A stretch of 64,000 nt of DNA, taken from NCBI RefSeq assembly GCF_006345805.1, contig NC_043006.1, forward strand, positions 15,376,001 to 15,440,000, given 5' to 3'. The notes under the pieces were generated by a model. The model saw only the letters and a program-made list of their open reading frames with translations, searched no databases and was not told the origin of the DNA. Each line of letters begins with the position of its first letter. Position 1 is the stretch's first letter. The translations under genes and the position numbers were made by a program. Below, piece after piece: positions 38,712-48,882 of this stretch. The stretch is from Octopus sinensis (lineage: Eukaryota).

Positions 38712-38744
<33 letters not shown>

Positions 38745-38748
<4 letters not shown>

Positions 38749-39937
38749 GTCATCCCGTACATAATGCGGATTTTTTATAAGATAAACGAAGTTCCTTTTT
38801 AATCTAAAATATATTCCACTTTTTGCAATGATCTCCCATCTATGTGGTAGAAATGCAAAGCCCCTCTTCCAGAATTCACTTTGCCGTGACGAAAAATACT
38901 CCTCTAGTACTGTTCTGACGCCGTCTATAGAATGATTTCGAACAGATGATAATCAGATGGAACAATGTCCGGCGAATATGGTGGGTGGGGCATCGTTTCC
39001 CATTCATATTGCTTTGGAATATTATCCTCGCTGTATGTGGCCGAGCATTATCCTGATAGAAGAACACCTTTCGTCTTGAAACCAAAAGATGGTCGTGTTT
39101 CTTATAACGCTGGTTTAAGCCGCTCAAGCTGTTCGCAGTAGATCTCCTTTGTTATCGTTTGGCTTGGGTTTAAAAGTTCAAAGTGGACTAAACTTTTCAT
39201 ATCCTACCAAACAGATAACAATACTTTACGTGGGTAAAGACCTTCTTTATCCTGGGATGCCGGTGTCTCTCCTTTCCTACCCACTATCTTCTGCGCTTGA
39301 CATATTTATAGAGAACCCATTTCTCGTCACCAGTCACTATTCGATCCAAGAAAGGTTCATTCGGGAGACGTGACAGCAAAGAAGAGCACGCATTCACTCC
39401 CTACGTGCGATTAGACTGGGAAAGTTTCTGAGGAACCCATTGACCTAATTTACTGACTTTTCCGATGGCACTCAGGTTTCAATGAATGGTTGAATGACCA
39501 AAACGATGGGATTTTGTTCCACCAGGGTCTGCAGGACGTTCTCGTCGAGTTCTACAGATCTTTCAGGTCAAGGCTCATCTTATAGGCTGTAGTTTCCGGC
39601 ACGGAATTTCTGGAACTACCATTGACACTGGCTTACGCTTATTGTCTGATCCTCATATACTGCATTAATAGTCCTCGCACCTTCCGTTGCGTTGTTGCCT
39701 TTATTGAACTCATAAAGCAAAATGTGCTGAATATGCTTCTTTTTCACTTTCATTATAGCTTTGTAAAATTAGCAGTTAAAATCGAACTGCACACTTTAAA
39801 ACTTACACTAAGAATAAGTTCAAGGTAAAATTACTACCTGCTTTATAGCAAGCTAATGCAGGTAGTTTATCCCGTCCCCCTCCGACTTTTAGTTCATACT
39901 ATATAAAAAAAACCGCATTATTTTTGGGATGACCCAA
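38745..39937 (-). mobile_element. Near full-length decayed mariner transposon (DD34D-type), about 1.19 kb
   Basis: TIRs TTGGGTCATCCC..ATAATGCGG.TTTTT at both ends, flanked by TA; the minus strand encodes QDNARPH and PYSPDIVPSDYHLF in shifted frames. Confidence 0.92.
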
Positions 39938-40656
39938 TATATATCTGTATGTATGTATACATACATACATACATAAATCCATACGCGTGCCAGCACACAC
40001 ACACACATCCAGACACACATGTATGTATGCATGTATGTATGTATGTACGTATGTATGTATGTATGTATGTATGTACGTATGTATGTATGTATGTATGTAT
40101 GTATGTATGTATGTATGTATGTATGTATGTATGTGAAAGCATTTATGTATATGTGAATTATAACTTAAATCCATAGTTTACAACGATAAATGAATCGAAG
40201 TTTTTTGTGTACTTTAAAAAGTCCAACATTTCCTGCATCACCTTTATTCTCAGGCTCTTTGTTTAAACTGTAATTAGCAAAATGGAAGAGAAGACATATT
40301 TTGCATAAAACTTTATCTACATGCTATTAATGGTAGAAGTTGTATAATATAAGTTGCCTGAAGCTATATTTATGCTAACACACACGCCCGTACACTCGCA
40401 TATATATAAAATATATATATAATATATATATATCTGAGATATTTAGAAATGTAGTATATATATATATATATATATATATAAACAAATCAAATTGCGATAG
40501 AATAAAAAAATAATTATAATCGCTGGTATTACTAACACAAGCCATATATTTTTCATATATCAGTACATTAAGGCGAAATATGTGCTAGGAATACAGAAGC
40601 TTGATAAATTAAGTGAAATGAAGATAAAAACATTTACTAAACCGAAACCGGAAAAT

Positions 40657-40729
40657 TCTCAGACTGCAGTTTCTTTCTAATTCAGCAAACAAGATAATTT
40701 ATTTGCCCAGGGAGAATTCATCAGTGAGA
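40657..40729 (-). ncRNA. Type I hammerhead ribozyme motif, copy 1
   Basis: Minus strand: UCUCA-CUGAUGA-AUUCUCCCUGGGCAAAUAAAUUAUCUUGUUUGCUGAAUUAGAAA-GAAAC-UGCA-GUC-UGAGA. Predicted cleavage is between 40662 and 40661. The base of stem II is an A.A mismatch rather than the canonical G-C. Confidence 0.75.
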
Positions 40730-41055
40730 CCCTGTTTTTCTGGGATCCTAACTCACTAGAAGCATGTGCGTCTAGTGAGTTACTCTTCCTAACTAATCAT
40801 ATCACTGCGCAGACTCCGAACGTCCCGACAACACTAGGGAATTCTGGTATATCGCCTGGCGCTCATAATTTATCGAGAAATATGTAAACAAATCAAATTG
40901 CGATAGAATAAAAAATAATTATAATCGCTGGTATTACTAACACAAGCCATATATTTTTCATATATCAGTACATTAAGGCGAAATATGTGCTAGGAATACA
41001 GAAGCTTGATAAATTAAGTGAAATGAAGATAAAAACATTTACTAAACCGGAAAAT

Positions 41056-41128
41056 TCTCAGACTGCAGTTTCTTTCTAATTCAGCAAACAAGATAATTTA
41101 TTTGCCCAGGGAGAATTCATCAGTGAGA
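41056..41128 (-). ncRNA. Type I hammerhead ribozyme motif, copy 2
   Basis: Core identical to copy 1. Confidence 0.75.
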
Positions 41129-41452
41129 CCCTGTTTTTCTGGGATCCTAACTCACTAGAAGCATGTGCGTCTAGTGAGTTACTCTTCCTAACTAATCATA
41201 TCACTGCGCAGACTCCGAACGTCCCGACAACACTAGGGAATTCTGGTATATCGCCTGGCGCTCATAATTTATCGAGAAATATGTAAACAAATCAAATTGC
41301 GATAGAATAAAAAAATAATTATAATCGCTGGTATACTAACACAAGCCATATATTTTTCATATATCAGTACATTAAGGCGAAATATGTGCTAGGAACAGAA
41401 GCTTGATAAATTAAGTGAAATGAAGATAAAAACATTTACTAAACCGGAAAAT

Positions 41453-41525
41453 TCTCAGACTGCAGTTTCTTTCTAATTCAGCAAACAAGATAATTTATTT
41501 GCCCAGGGAGAATTCATCAGTGAGA
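41453..41525 (-). ncRNA. Type I hammerhead ribozyme motif, copy 3
   Basis: Core identical to copy 1. Confidence 0.75.
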
Positions 41526-41854
41526 CCCTGTTTTTCTGGGATCCTAACTCACTAGAAGCATGTGCGTCTAGTGAGTTACTCTTCCTAACTAATCATATCA
41601 CTGCGCAGACTCCGAACGTCCCGACAACACACTAGGGAATTCTGGTATATCGCCTGGCGCTCATAATTTATCGAGAAATATGTAAACAAATCAAATTGCG
41701 ATAGAATAAAAAAATAATTATAATCGCTGGTATTACTAACACAAGCCATATATTTTTCATATATCAGTACATTAAGGCGAAATATGTGCTAGGAATACAG
41801 AAGCTTGATAAATTAAGTGAAATGAAGATAAAAACATTTACTAAACCGGAAAAT

Positions 41855-41927
41855 TCTCAGACTGCAGTTTCTTTCTAATTCAGCAAACAAGATAATTTAT
41901 TTGCCCAGGGAGAATTCATCAGTGAGA
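41855..41927 (-). ncRNA. Type I hammerhead ribozyme motif, copy 4
   Basis: Core identical to copy 1. Confidence 0.75.
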
Positions 41928-42253
41928 CCCTGTTTTTCTGGGATCCTAACTCACTAGAAGCATGTGCGTCTAGTGAGTTACTCTTCCTAACTAATCATAT
42001 CACTGCGCAGACTCCGAACGTCCCGACAACACTAGGGAATTCTGGTATATCGCCTGGCGCTCATATTTATCGAGAAATATGTAAACAAATCAAATTGCGA
42101 TAGAATAAAAAAATAATTATAATCGCTGGTATTACTAACACAAGCCATATATTTTTCATATATCAGTACATTAAGGCGAAATATGTGCTAGGAATACAGA
42201 AGCTTGATAAATTAAGTGAAATGAAGATAAAAACATTTACTAAACCGGAAAAT

Positions 42254-42326
42254 TCTCAGACTGCAGTTTCTTTCTAATTCAGCAAACAAGATAATTTATT
42301 TGCCCAGGGAGAATTCATCAGTGAGA
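42254..42326 (-). ncRNA. Type I hammerhead ribozyme motif, copy 5
   Basis: Core identical to copy 1. Confidence 0.75.
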
Positions 42327-42652
42327 CCCTGTTTTTCTGGGATCCTAACTCACTAGAAGCATGTGCGTCTAGTGAGTTACTCTTCCTAACTAATCATATC
42401 ACTGCGCAGACTCCGAACGTCCCGACAACACTAGGGAATTCTGGTATATCGCCTGGCGCTCATAATTTATCGAGAAATATGTAAACAAATCAAATTGCGA
42501 TAGAATAAAAAATAATTATAATCGCTGGTATTACTAACACAAGCCATATATTTTTCATATATCAGTACATTAAGGCGAAATATGTGCTAGGAATACAGAA
42601 GCTTGATAAATTAAGTGAAATGAAGATAAAAACATTTACTAAACCGGAAAAT

Positions 42653-42725
42653 TCTCAGACTGCAGTTTCTTTCTAATTCAGCAAACAAGATAATTTATTT
42701 GCCCAGGGAGAATTCATCAGTGAGA
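42653..42725 (-). ncRNA. Type I hammerhead ribozyme motif, copy 6
   Basis: Core identical to copy 1. Confidence 0.75.
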
Positions 42726-43049
42726 CCCTGTTTTTCTGGGATCCTAACTCACTAGAAGCATGTGCGTCTAGTGAGTTACTCTTCCTAACTAATCATATCA
42801 CTGCGCAGACTCCGAACGTCCCGACAACACTAGGGAATTCTGGTATATCGCCTGGCGCTCATAATTTATCGAGAAATATGTAAACAAATCAAATTGCGAT
42901 AGAATAAAAAAATAATTATAATCGCTGGTATTACTAACACAAGCCATATATTTTTCATATATCAGTACATTAAGGCGAATATGTGCTAGGAATACAGAAG
43001 CTTGATAAATTAAGTGAAAAAGATAAAAACATTTACTAAACCGGAAAAT

Positions 43050-43120
43050 TCTCAGACTGCAGTTTCTTTCTAATTCAGCAAACAATAATTTATTTGCCCA
43101 GGGAGAATTCATCAGTGAGA
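43050..43120 (-). ncRNA. Type I hammerhead ribozyme motif, copy 7
   Basis: Core intact; 2-nt deletion in the distal stem II loop region. Confidence 0.7.
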
Positions 43121-43446
43121 CCCTGTTTTTCTGGGATCCTAACTCACTAGAAGCATGTGCGTCTAGTGAGTTACTCTTCCTAACTAATCATATCACTGCG
43201 CAGACTCCGAACGTCCCGACAACACTAGGGAATTCTGGTATATCGCCTGGCGCTCATAATTTATCGAGAAATATGTAAACAAATCAAATTGCGATAGAAT
43301 AAAAAAATAATTATAATCGCTGGTATTACTAACACAAGCCATATATTTTTCATATATCAGTACATTAAGGCGAAATATGTGCTAGGAATACAGAAGCTTG
43401 ATAAATTAAGTGAAATGAAGATAAAAACATTTACTAAACCGAAAAT

Positions 43447-43518
43447 TCTCAGACTGCAGTTTCTTTCTAATTCAGCAAACAAGATAATTTATTTGCCCAG
43501 GGAGAATCATCAGTGAGA
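43447..43518 (-). ncRNA. Type I hammerhead ribozyme motif, copy 8
   Basis: Core intact; 1-nt deletion directly after CUGAUGA. Confidence 0.65.
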
Positions 43519-43844
43519 CCCTGTTTTTCTGGGATCCTAACTCACTAGAAGCATGTGCGTCTAGTGAGTTACTCTTCCTAACTAATCATATCACTGCGCA
43601 GACTCCGAACGTCCCGACAACACTAGGGAATTCTGGTATATCGCCTGGCGCTCATAATTTATCGAGAAATATGTAAACAAATCAAATTGCGATAGAAAAA
43701 AAAAATAATTATAATCGCTGGTATTACTAACACAAGCCATATATTTTTCATATATCAGTACATTAAGGCGAAATTGTGCTAGGAATACAGAAGCTTGATA
43801 AATTAAGTGAAATGAAGATAAAAACATTTACTAAACCGGAAAAT

Positions 43845-43917
43845 TCTCAGACTGCAGTTTCTTTCTAATTCAGCAAACAAGATAATTTATTTGCCCAGGG
43901 AGAATTCATCAGTGAGA
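43845..43917 (-). ncRNA. Type I hammerhead ribozyme motif, copy 9
   Basis: Core intact; 1-nt insertion just outside stem I. Confidence 0.72.
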
Positions 43918-44242
43918 ACCCTGTTTTTCTGGGATCCTAACTCACTAGAAGCATGTGCGTCTAGTGAGTTACTCTTCCTAACTAATCATATCACTGCGCA
44001 GACTCCGACGTCCCGACAACACTAGGGAATTCTGGTATATCGCCTGGCGCTCATAATTTATCGAGAAATATGTAAACAAATCAAATTGCGATAGAATAAA
44101 AAATAATTATAATCGCTGTATTACTAACACAAGCCATATATTTTTCATATATCAGTACATTAAGGCGAAATATGTGCTAGGAATACAGAAGCTTGATAAA
44201 TTAAGTGAAATGAAGATAAAAACATTTACTAAACCGGAAAAT

Positions 44243-44314
44243 TCTCAGACTGCAGTTTCTTTCTAATTCAGCAACAAGATAATTTATTTGCCCAGGGAGA
44301 ATTCATCAGTGAGA
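44243..44314 (-). ncRNA. Type I hammerhead ribozyme motif, copy 10
   Basis: Core intact; 1-nt deletion in distal stem II. Confidence 0.7.
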
Positions 44315-44641
44315 CCCTGTTTTTCTGGGATCCTAACTCACTAGAAGCATGTGCGTCTAGTGAGTTACTCTTCCTAACTAATCATATCACTGCGCAGACT
44401 CCGAACGTCCCGACAACACTAGGGAATTCTGGTATATCGCCTGGCGCTCATAATTTATCGAGAAATATGTAAACAAATCAAATTGCGATAGAATAAAAAA
44501 ATAATTATAATCGCTGGTATTACTAACACAAGCCATATATTTTTCATATATCAGTACATTAAGGCGAAATATGTGCTAGGAATACAGAAGCTTGATAAAT
44601 TAAGTGAAATGAAGATAAAAACATTTACTAAACCGGAAAAT

Positions 44642-44714
44642 TCTCAGACTGCAGTTTCTTTCTAATTCAGCAAACAAGATAATTTATTTGCCCAGGGAGA
44701 ATTCATCAGTGAGA
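44642..44714 (-). ncRNA. Type I hammerhead ribozyme motif, copy 11
   Basis: Core identical to copy 1. Confidence 0.75.
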
Positions 44715-45041
44715 CCCTGTTTTTCTGGGATCCTAACTCACTAGAAGCATGTGCGTCTAGTGAGTTACTCTTCCTAACTAATCATATCACTGCGCAGACT
44801 CCGAACGTCCCGACAACACTAGGGAATTCTGGTATATCGCCTGGCGCTCATAATTTATCGAGAAATATGTAAACAAATCAAATTGCGATAGAATAAAAAA
44901 ATAATTATAATCGCTGGTATTACTAACACAAGCCATATATTTTTCATATATCAGTACATTAAGGCGAAATATGTGCTAGGAATACAGAAGCTTGATAAAT
45001 TAAGTGAAATGAAGATAAAAACATTTACTAAACCGGAAAAT

Positions 45042-45114
45042 TCTCAGACTGCAGTTTCTTTCTAATTCAGCAAACAAGATAATTTATTTGCCCAGGGAGA
45101 ATTCATCAGTGAGA
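45042..45114 (-). ncRNA. Type I hammerhead ribozyme motif, copy 12
   Basis: Core identical to copy 1. Confidence 0.75.
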
Positions 45115-45441
45115 CCCTGTTTTTCTGGGATCCTAACTCACTAGAAGCATGTGCGTCTAGTGAGTTACTCTTCCTAACTAATCATATCACTGCGCAGACT
45201 CCGAACGTCCCGACAACACTAGGGAATTCTGGTATATCGCCTGGCGCTCATAATTTATCGAGAAATATGTAAACAAATCAAATTGCGATAGAATAAAAAA
45301 ATAATTATAATCGCTGGTATTACTAACACAAGCCATATATTTTTCATATATCAGTTACATTAAGGCGAATATGTGCTAGGAATACAGAAGCTTGATAAAT
45401 TAAGTGAAATGAAGATAAAAACATTTACTAAACCGGAAAAT

Positions 45442-45514
45442 TCTCAGACTGCAGTTTCTTTCTAATTCAGCAAACAAGATAATTTATTTGCCCAGGGAGA
45501 ATTCATCAGTGAGA
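45442..45514 (-). ncRNA. Type I hammerhead ribozyme motif, copy 13
   Basis: Core identical to copy 1; lies in the truncated terminal unit. Confidence 0.75.
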
Positions 45515-45601
45515 CCCTGTTTTTCTGGGATCCTAACTCACTAGAAGCATGTGCGTCTAGTGAGTTACTCTTCCTAACTAATCATATCACTGCGCAGACT
45601 C

Positions 45602-45642
<41 letters not shown>

Positions 45643-46278
45643 GTATGTATAGGAATTTGCAAAAAAAAAGCATAAAAGTAAGGCTTAAAGAAGACAAACA
45701 TTATTGAAGTCTACTAATTATTAAATACTAAAAGACAAGAAAAACAACCCCCAGTTAGATATATATATATAATCTATCTAAATTTATCAATGAAAGTGAT
45801 CTAAGATTGCTAAAGAGACAAGGAAAAACTGATAATAACGACTAATGTTTTCTTATAGCTATCGAAAAAAGCAATTTACTAATGAGAGTGGTGAATGTTA
45901 TGTAAAACATAAAAGATTTGCTGATATGTAATGCGCATGCGCACTATTATATATAACATTGATTGTCTGTGTGATGTATCAGAAAAAATTCCTCAGGGTA
46001 TATTTTATAAGAACGTTCTATTGGTATGTCAACTAAAACATGTGGCTAAGAAAGCAAAGGAAAAAATAAAAACAACGGGTAGAAGAAGTAATGAAGTTCT
46101 GGTGCCAAAGCTACAAGATTAAAAGAATGGAAATCACTTAATGTGTACATCATTATAGCTTAAGTATTTATGTCGAATGTATATCGATATAATTATACAC
46201 GCATATATACATGCGCGTACACACACGCACATAAACACACGCATACTCGAATGCGCACGTAGACACATTCATATCTGT

Positions 46279-46507
46279 TTCTTTATTGCCCACAAGGGGC
46301 TAAACATAGAGGGGACAAACAAGGACAGACAAACGGATTAAGTCGATTACATCGACCCCAGTGCGTAACTGGCACTTAATTTATCGACCCCGAAAGGATG
46401 AAAGGCAAAGTCGACCTCGGCGGAATTTGAACTCAGAACGGAACGACAGACGCAATACCGCTAAGCATTTCGCCCGGTGTGCTAACGTTTCTGCCAGCTC
46501 GCCGCCT
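46279..46507 (-). mobile_element. tRNA-derived SINE (GGCGGCGAGCTGG family) with 11-bp TSD
   Basis: TSD TTCATATCTGT at 46268-46278 and 46508-46518. Confidence 0.9.
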
Positions 46508-46551
46508 TTCATATCTGTACACACATACACACACACTTGCACACTCAGTGA

Positions 46552-46830
46552 AAACGCGCGGCTTAGTTGTTTGAGTATTGAACTCACGATTGTGAGACCC
46601 ATTGCCTGCGGCTCGCTGTGTCCTTGATCAAAAGACTTTAATTCGTGTTTTTCCAGTTCGCTTAGCTGGCAGAAATGAGTTGTACCTGCAATTCAAGGGG
46701 CCAACCTTGCCACATCTTGTGTCACAATGAATCTCTCTGAGAAGTACTTTAAGGACACGCGTGTCTGTGGAGTGCTCATAGTTTCTTGTGAGAAGATTTA
46801 GCAGAGGGAAACTGCAAGAAGCCCTTCGTA
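46552..46830 (+). mobile_element. Old SINE with CORE-like head and a central domain shared with 52442-52829
   Basis: TGTACCTGCAATTCAAGGGGCCAACCTTG...ACACGCGTGTCTGTGGAGTGCTCA is homologous to the central domain of the full-length SINEs. Confidence 0.65.
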
Positions 46831-47514
46831 TGTGTATGTGTGTGTGTGTGTGCTGTTGTTTCGGTGTTTGTCCCCCACTACCGCTTGACAACCGGACTGG
46901 GAGACGTCAGTAATTTTGACCTTATCCAGAGCTTCTCTTGGACTCATGATCGCTACATTCACATTGCATTTCCAAGGCTATGCATCTGCAATCCAAGAAC
47001 AGGAGATTGCTACGAAATACCTAATAAACAAAAGAGAGTGGATCCTTTGGAGCTCTAAGATGCAATAGAAAATGTAAATTGTGATATTTATGTCAAAGGC
47101 ATAACACATGTAATTAACAGCTACCCAAAACTGTCATTAAGGTATTACCTTCATATGCGACGCGATGCTGTCGCAAAAACAGTATAAAATGCCATTCGTA
47201 AAAAAGACTCCTGGAACAAATAGAGAGAATCCCTCTGTTATTGAATACTTACTGTTATTGAATACAAAGAATACTGGTGGAATCTTCTCACCCATATAAC
47301 TGCCAAGTCTAAACATAACAAGTCGGATATTGTTGGAGACAGACAAGAAACAGAATGTGCCGTCAGCGAGGTTAGCTGTCCTGCCGATTGATTGATTGAT
47401 TGATTCTAGTTTCAGCTTATGAGCTGTGGCCATGCTGGGGCACCGCCATTTGGTGTTGCTGATGTGAATATCTCTTTGAAAATCAAACAGAAAGAGGATA
47501 AATATGGACAACCG

Positions 47515-47730
47515 CTGTGAAATATTCATTAAGTGCAGATTATGAAATCACATTCATAGCAATAATAACTGGTTCACTTGATTTTATAAGAGAATATCTG
47601 AGTGACAATCGAGACAAGCTGGGATTTTCAGAGAAAGAAATCAAGAAACTAACTCGCATATTAAAAATACAATGTGTAAGCGGAACAGCAAATATATGCA
47701 AGACTTTTTCGAAGTTAAATAGTGAAATTG
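47515..47730 (+). mobile_element. Possible R4/Dong-like LINE C-terminal remnant
   Basis: ORF 47517-47774 contains FIAIITGSLDFIREYLSDNRDKLGFSEKEIKKLTRILKIQCVSGTANICKTF, resembling RLE-LINE ends (IIIGALG.V...L..LGF...I..LQ..S..GT.KICKTF). Confidence 0.45.
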
Positions 47731-48003
47731 TTTCCGTTATCTACATTCTTGTGATGGAGCATATAACTTCGTAGAAACCAGATACTTGCGCAGAGGTAGA
47801 ATTCAAATAATTAAAAAACAGAAAGGAACATACATACACTCACACATATATGTGTATATATATATATATACTTTTTATTTTATAGAAGGAGCTTCTACAG
47901 GACTAGAACTGTTTCGTTCAGATGAAATCTTCAGGAAGCTGGCTGTCAAAATAAGTTCTGGTATTTATGCATTTAGGCAGATTTAATGGAGTGGTGGTGG
48001 GGG

Positions 48004-48050
<47 letters not shown>

Positions 48051-48318
48051 AAAAGAAAGGTCAAAGCTATATTAGAAGGCGCTCACCTTAGCTGGCATAT
48101 ATGTATGTATGTATCTATGTATGTATGTACGTATATATGTATGTATGCATGCATGCATGTATGTATATATATATGTATGGATCTATGTGTGTGTGTGTGT
48201 GTGTGGAGTCTATTTATTTATATTTATATATGTGTATATATATATATGTATATATATATGTCTATATGTATGTATGTTATATATATATCTATATATATAT
48301 ATACATACGGCGCCATCC

Positions 48319-48418
48319 NNNNNNNNNNNNNNNNNNNNNNNNNNNNNNNNNNNNNNNNNNNNNNNNNNNNNNNNNNNNNNNNNNNNNNNNNNNNNNNNNN
48401 NNNNNNNNNNNNNNNNNN
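48319..48418. other. Assembly gap (100 N)
   Basis: Run of 100 n. Confidence 1.
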
Positions 48419-48485
48419 AAGATTTGAAGGCAGAACGTAAGGAACCGGAAGGAATATTACAAAGCATTTGTCTAATATAAAATAA

Positions 48486-48882
48486 TCTTTATATATAAAA
48501 GTGAAGTTGTGTGTCTGTCTCCTACGATTTAGATTCCCAACTACTCCCACATTTTGCGGTGCAGTTTAACCAAAACCGGGTATCTTATAGTCGTGATTCA
48601 TATCCAGCCCTTCTGGGTATTAGCGCGCGTCTACGATGAGTCAACGATTTAAAAAAAAAATGACCATCATTTTTTTCCATTTTAATGCATTTTTTCGCTA
48701 TTAAAAAAAGGGAAGTAACTCTCTAAAAATGTCTACGATGAGTCAACGATTAAAAAAAAAATTTACCATAATTTTTTTCCATTTTTAATGCATTTTTTGC
48801 TATTTTTTGGCTATAACTCTCTAAAAATGCTTATATAGTTATTTCCCTTACAAACCCGAGCAACGCCGGGTGATACTGATAG
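48486..48882 (+). mobile_element. Non-autonomous Helitron with internal tandem duplication of about 100 bp
   Basis: A|TCTTTATATATAAAAGTGAAG start; CCCGAGCAACGCCGGG hairpin; ATAG|T end (CTAG variant); TCTACGATGAGTCAACGATT segment present twice. Confidence 0.85.

Larger units (their letters stand above)
40481..45604 (-). repeat. Tandem array of about 12.8 copies of a 400-bp unit, each with a hammerhead motif (candidate non-LTR retrozyme array)
   Basis: Unit starts at 40481, 40887, 41286, 41685, 42084, 42484, 42883, 43278, 43676, 44075, 44472, 44872 and 45272. The last unit is truncated at 45604; (TA)n lies on both sides. Confidence 0.97.

Noticed and set aside
40686-40774. Exon-like segment in each unit (TTCTAATTCAG acceptor, A|GTGAGT donor, open frame KQDNLFAQGEFISETLFFWDPNSLEACAS)
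   Set aside because: At 89 nt it is not frame-symmetric. The apparent pyrimidine tract is the reverse complement of the hammerhead GAAAGAAAC and the donor is part of the 12-bp hairpin, so the ribozyme explanation covers more features.
40812-40865. Possible Pol III A/B boxes in the array unit on the minus strand (GAGCGCCAGGCG ... GTTCGGAGTC), with a T5 run after the cleavage site
   Set aside because: Both boxes deviate from consensus and no tRNA cloverleaf forms; too weak to call without expression data.
42798-43827. 104-aa and 78-aa minus-strand ORFs within the array
   Set aside because: They are open only in units carrying particular indels; the consensus unit has no such ORF.
40481-45604. 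Array as a CRISPR locus or as rDNA, tRNA or snRNA gene repeats
   Set aside because: The context is eukaryotic, units are identical over their whole length with no unique spacers, and no 5S, tRNA or U-snRNA sequence was recognised.
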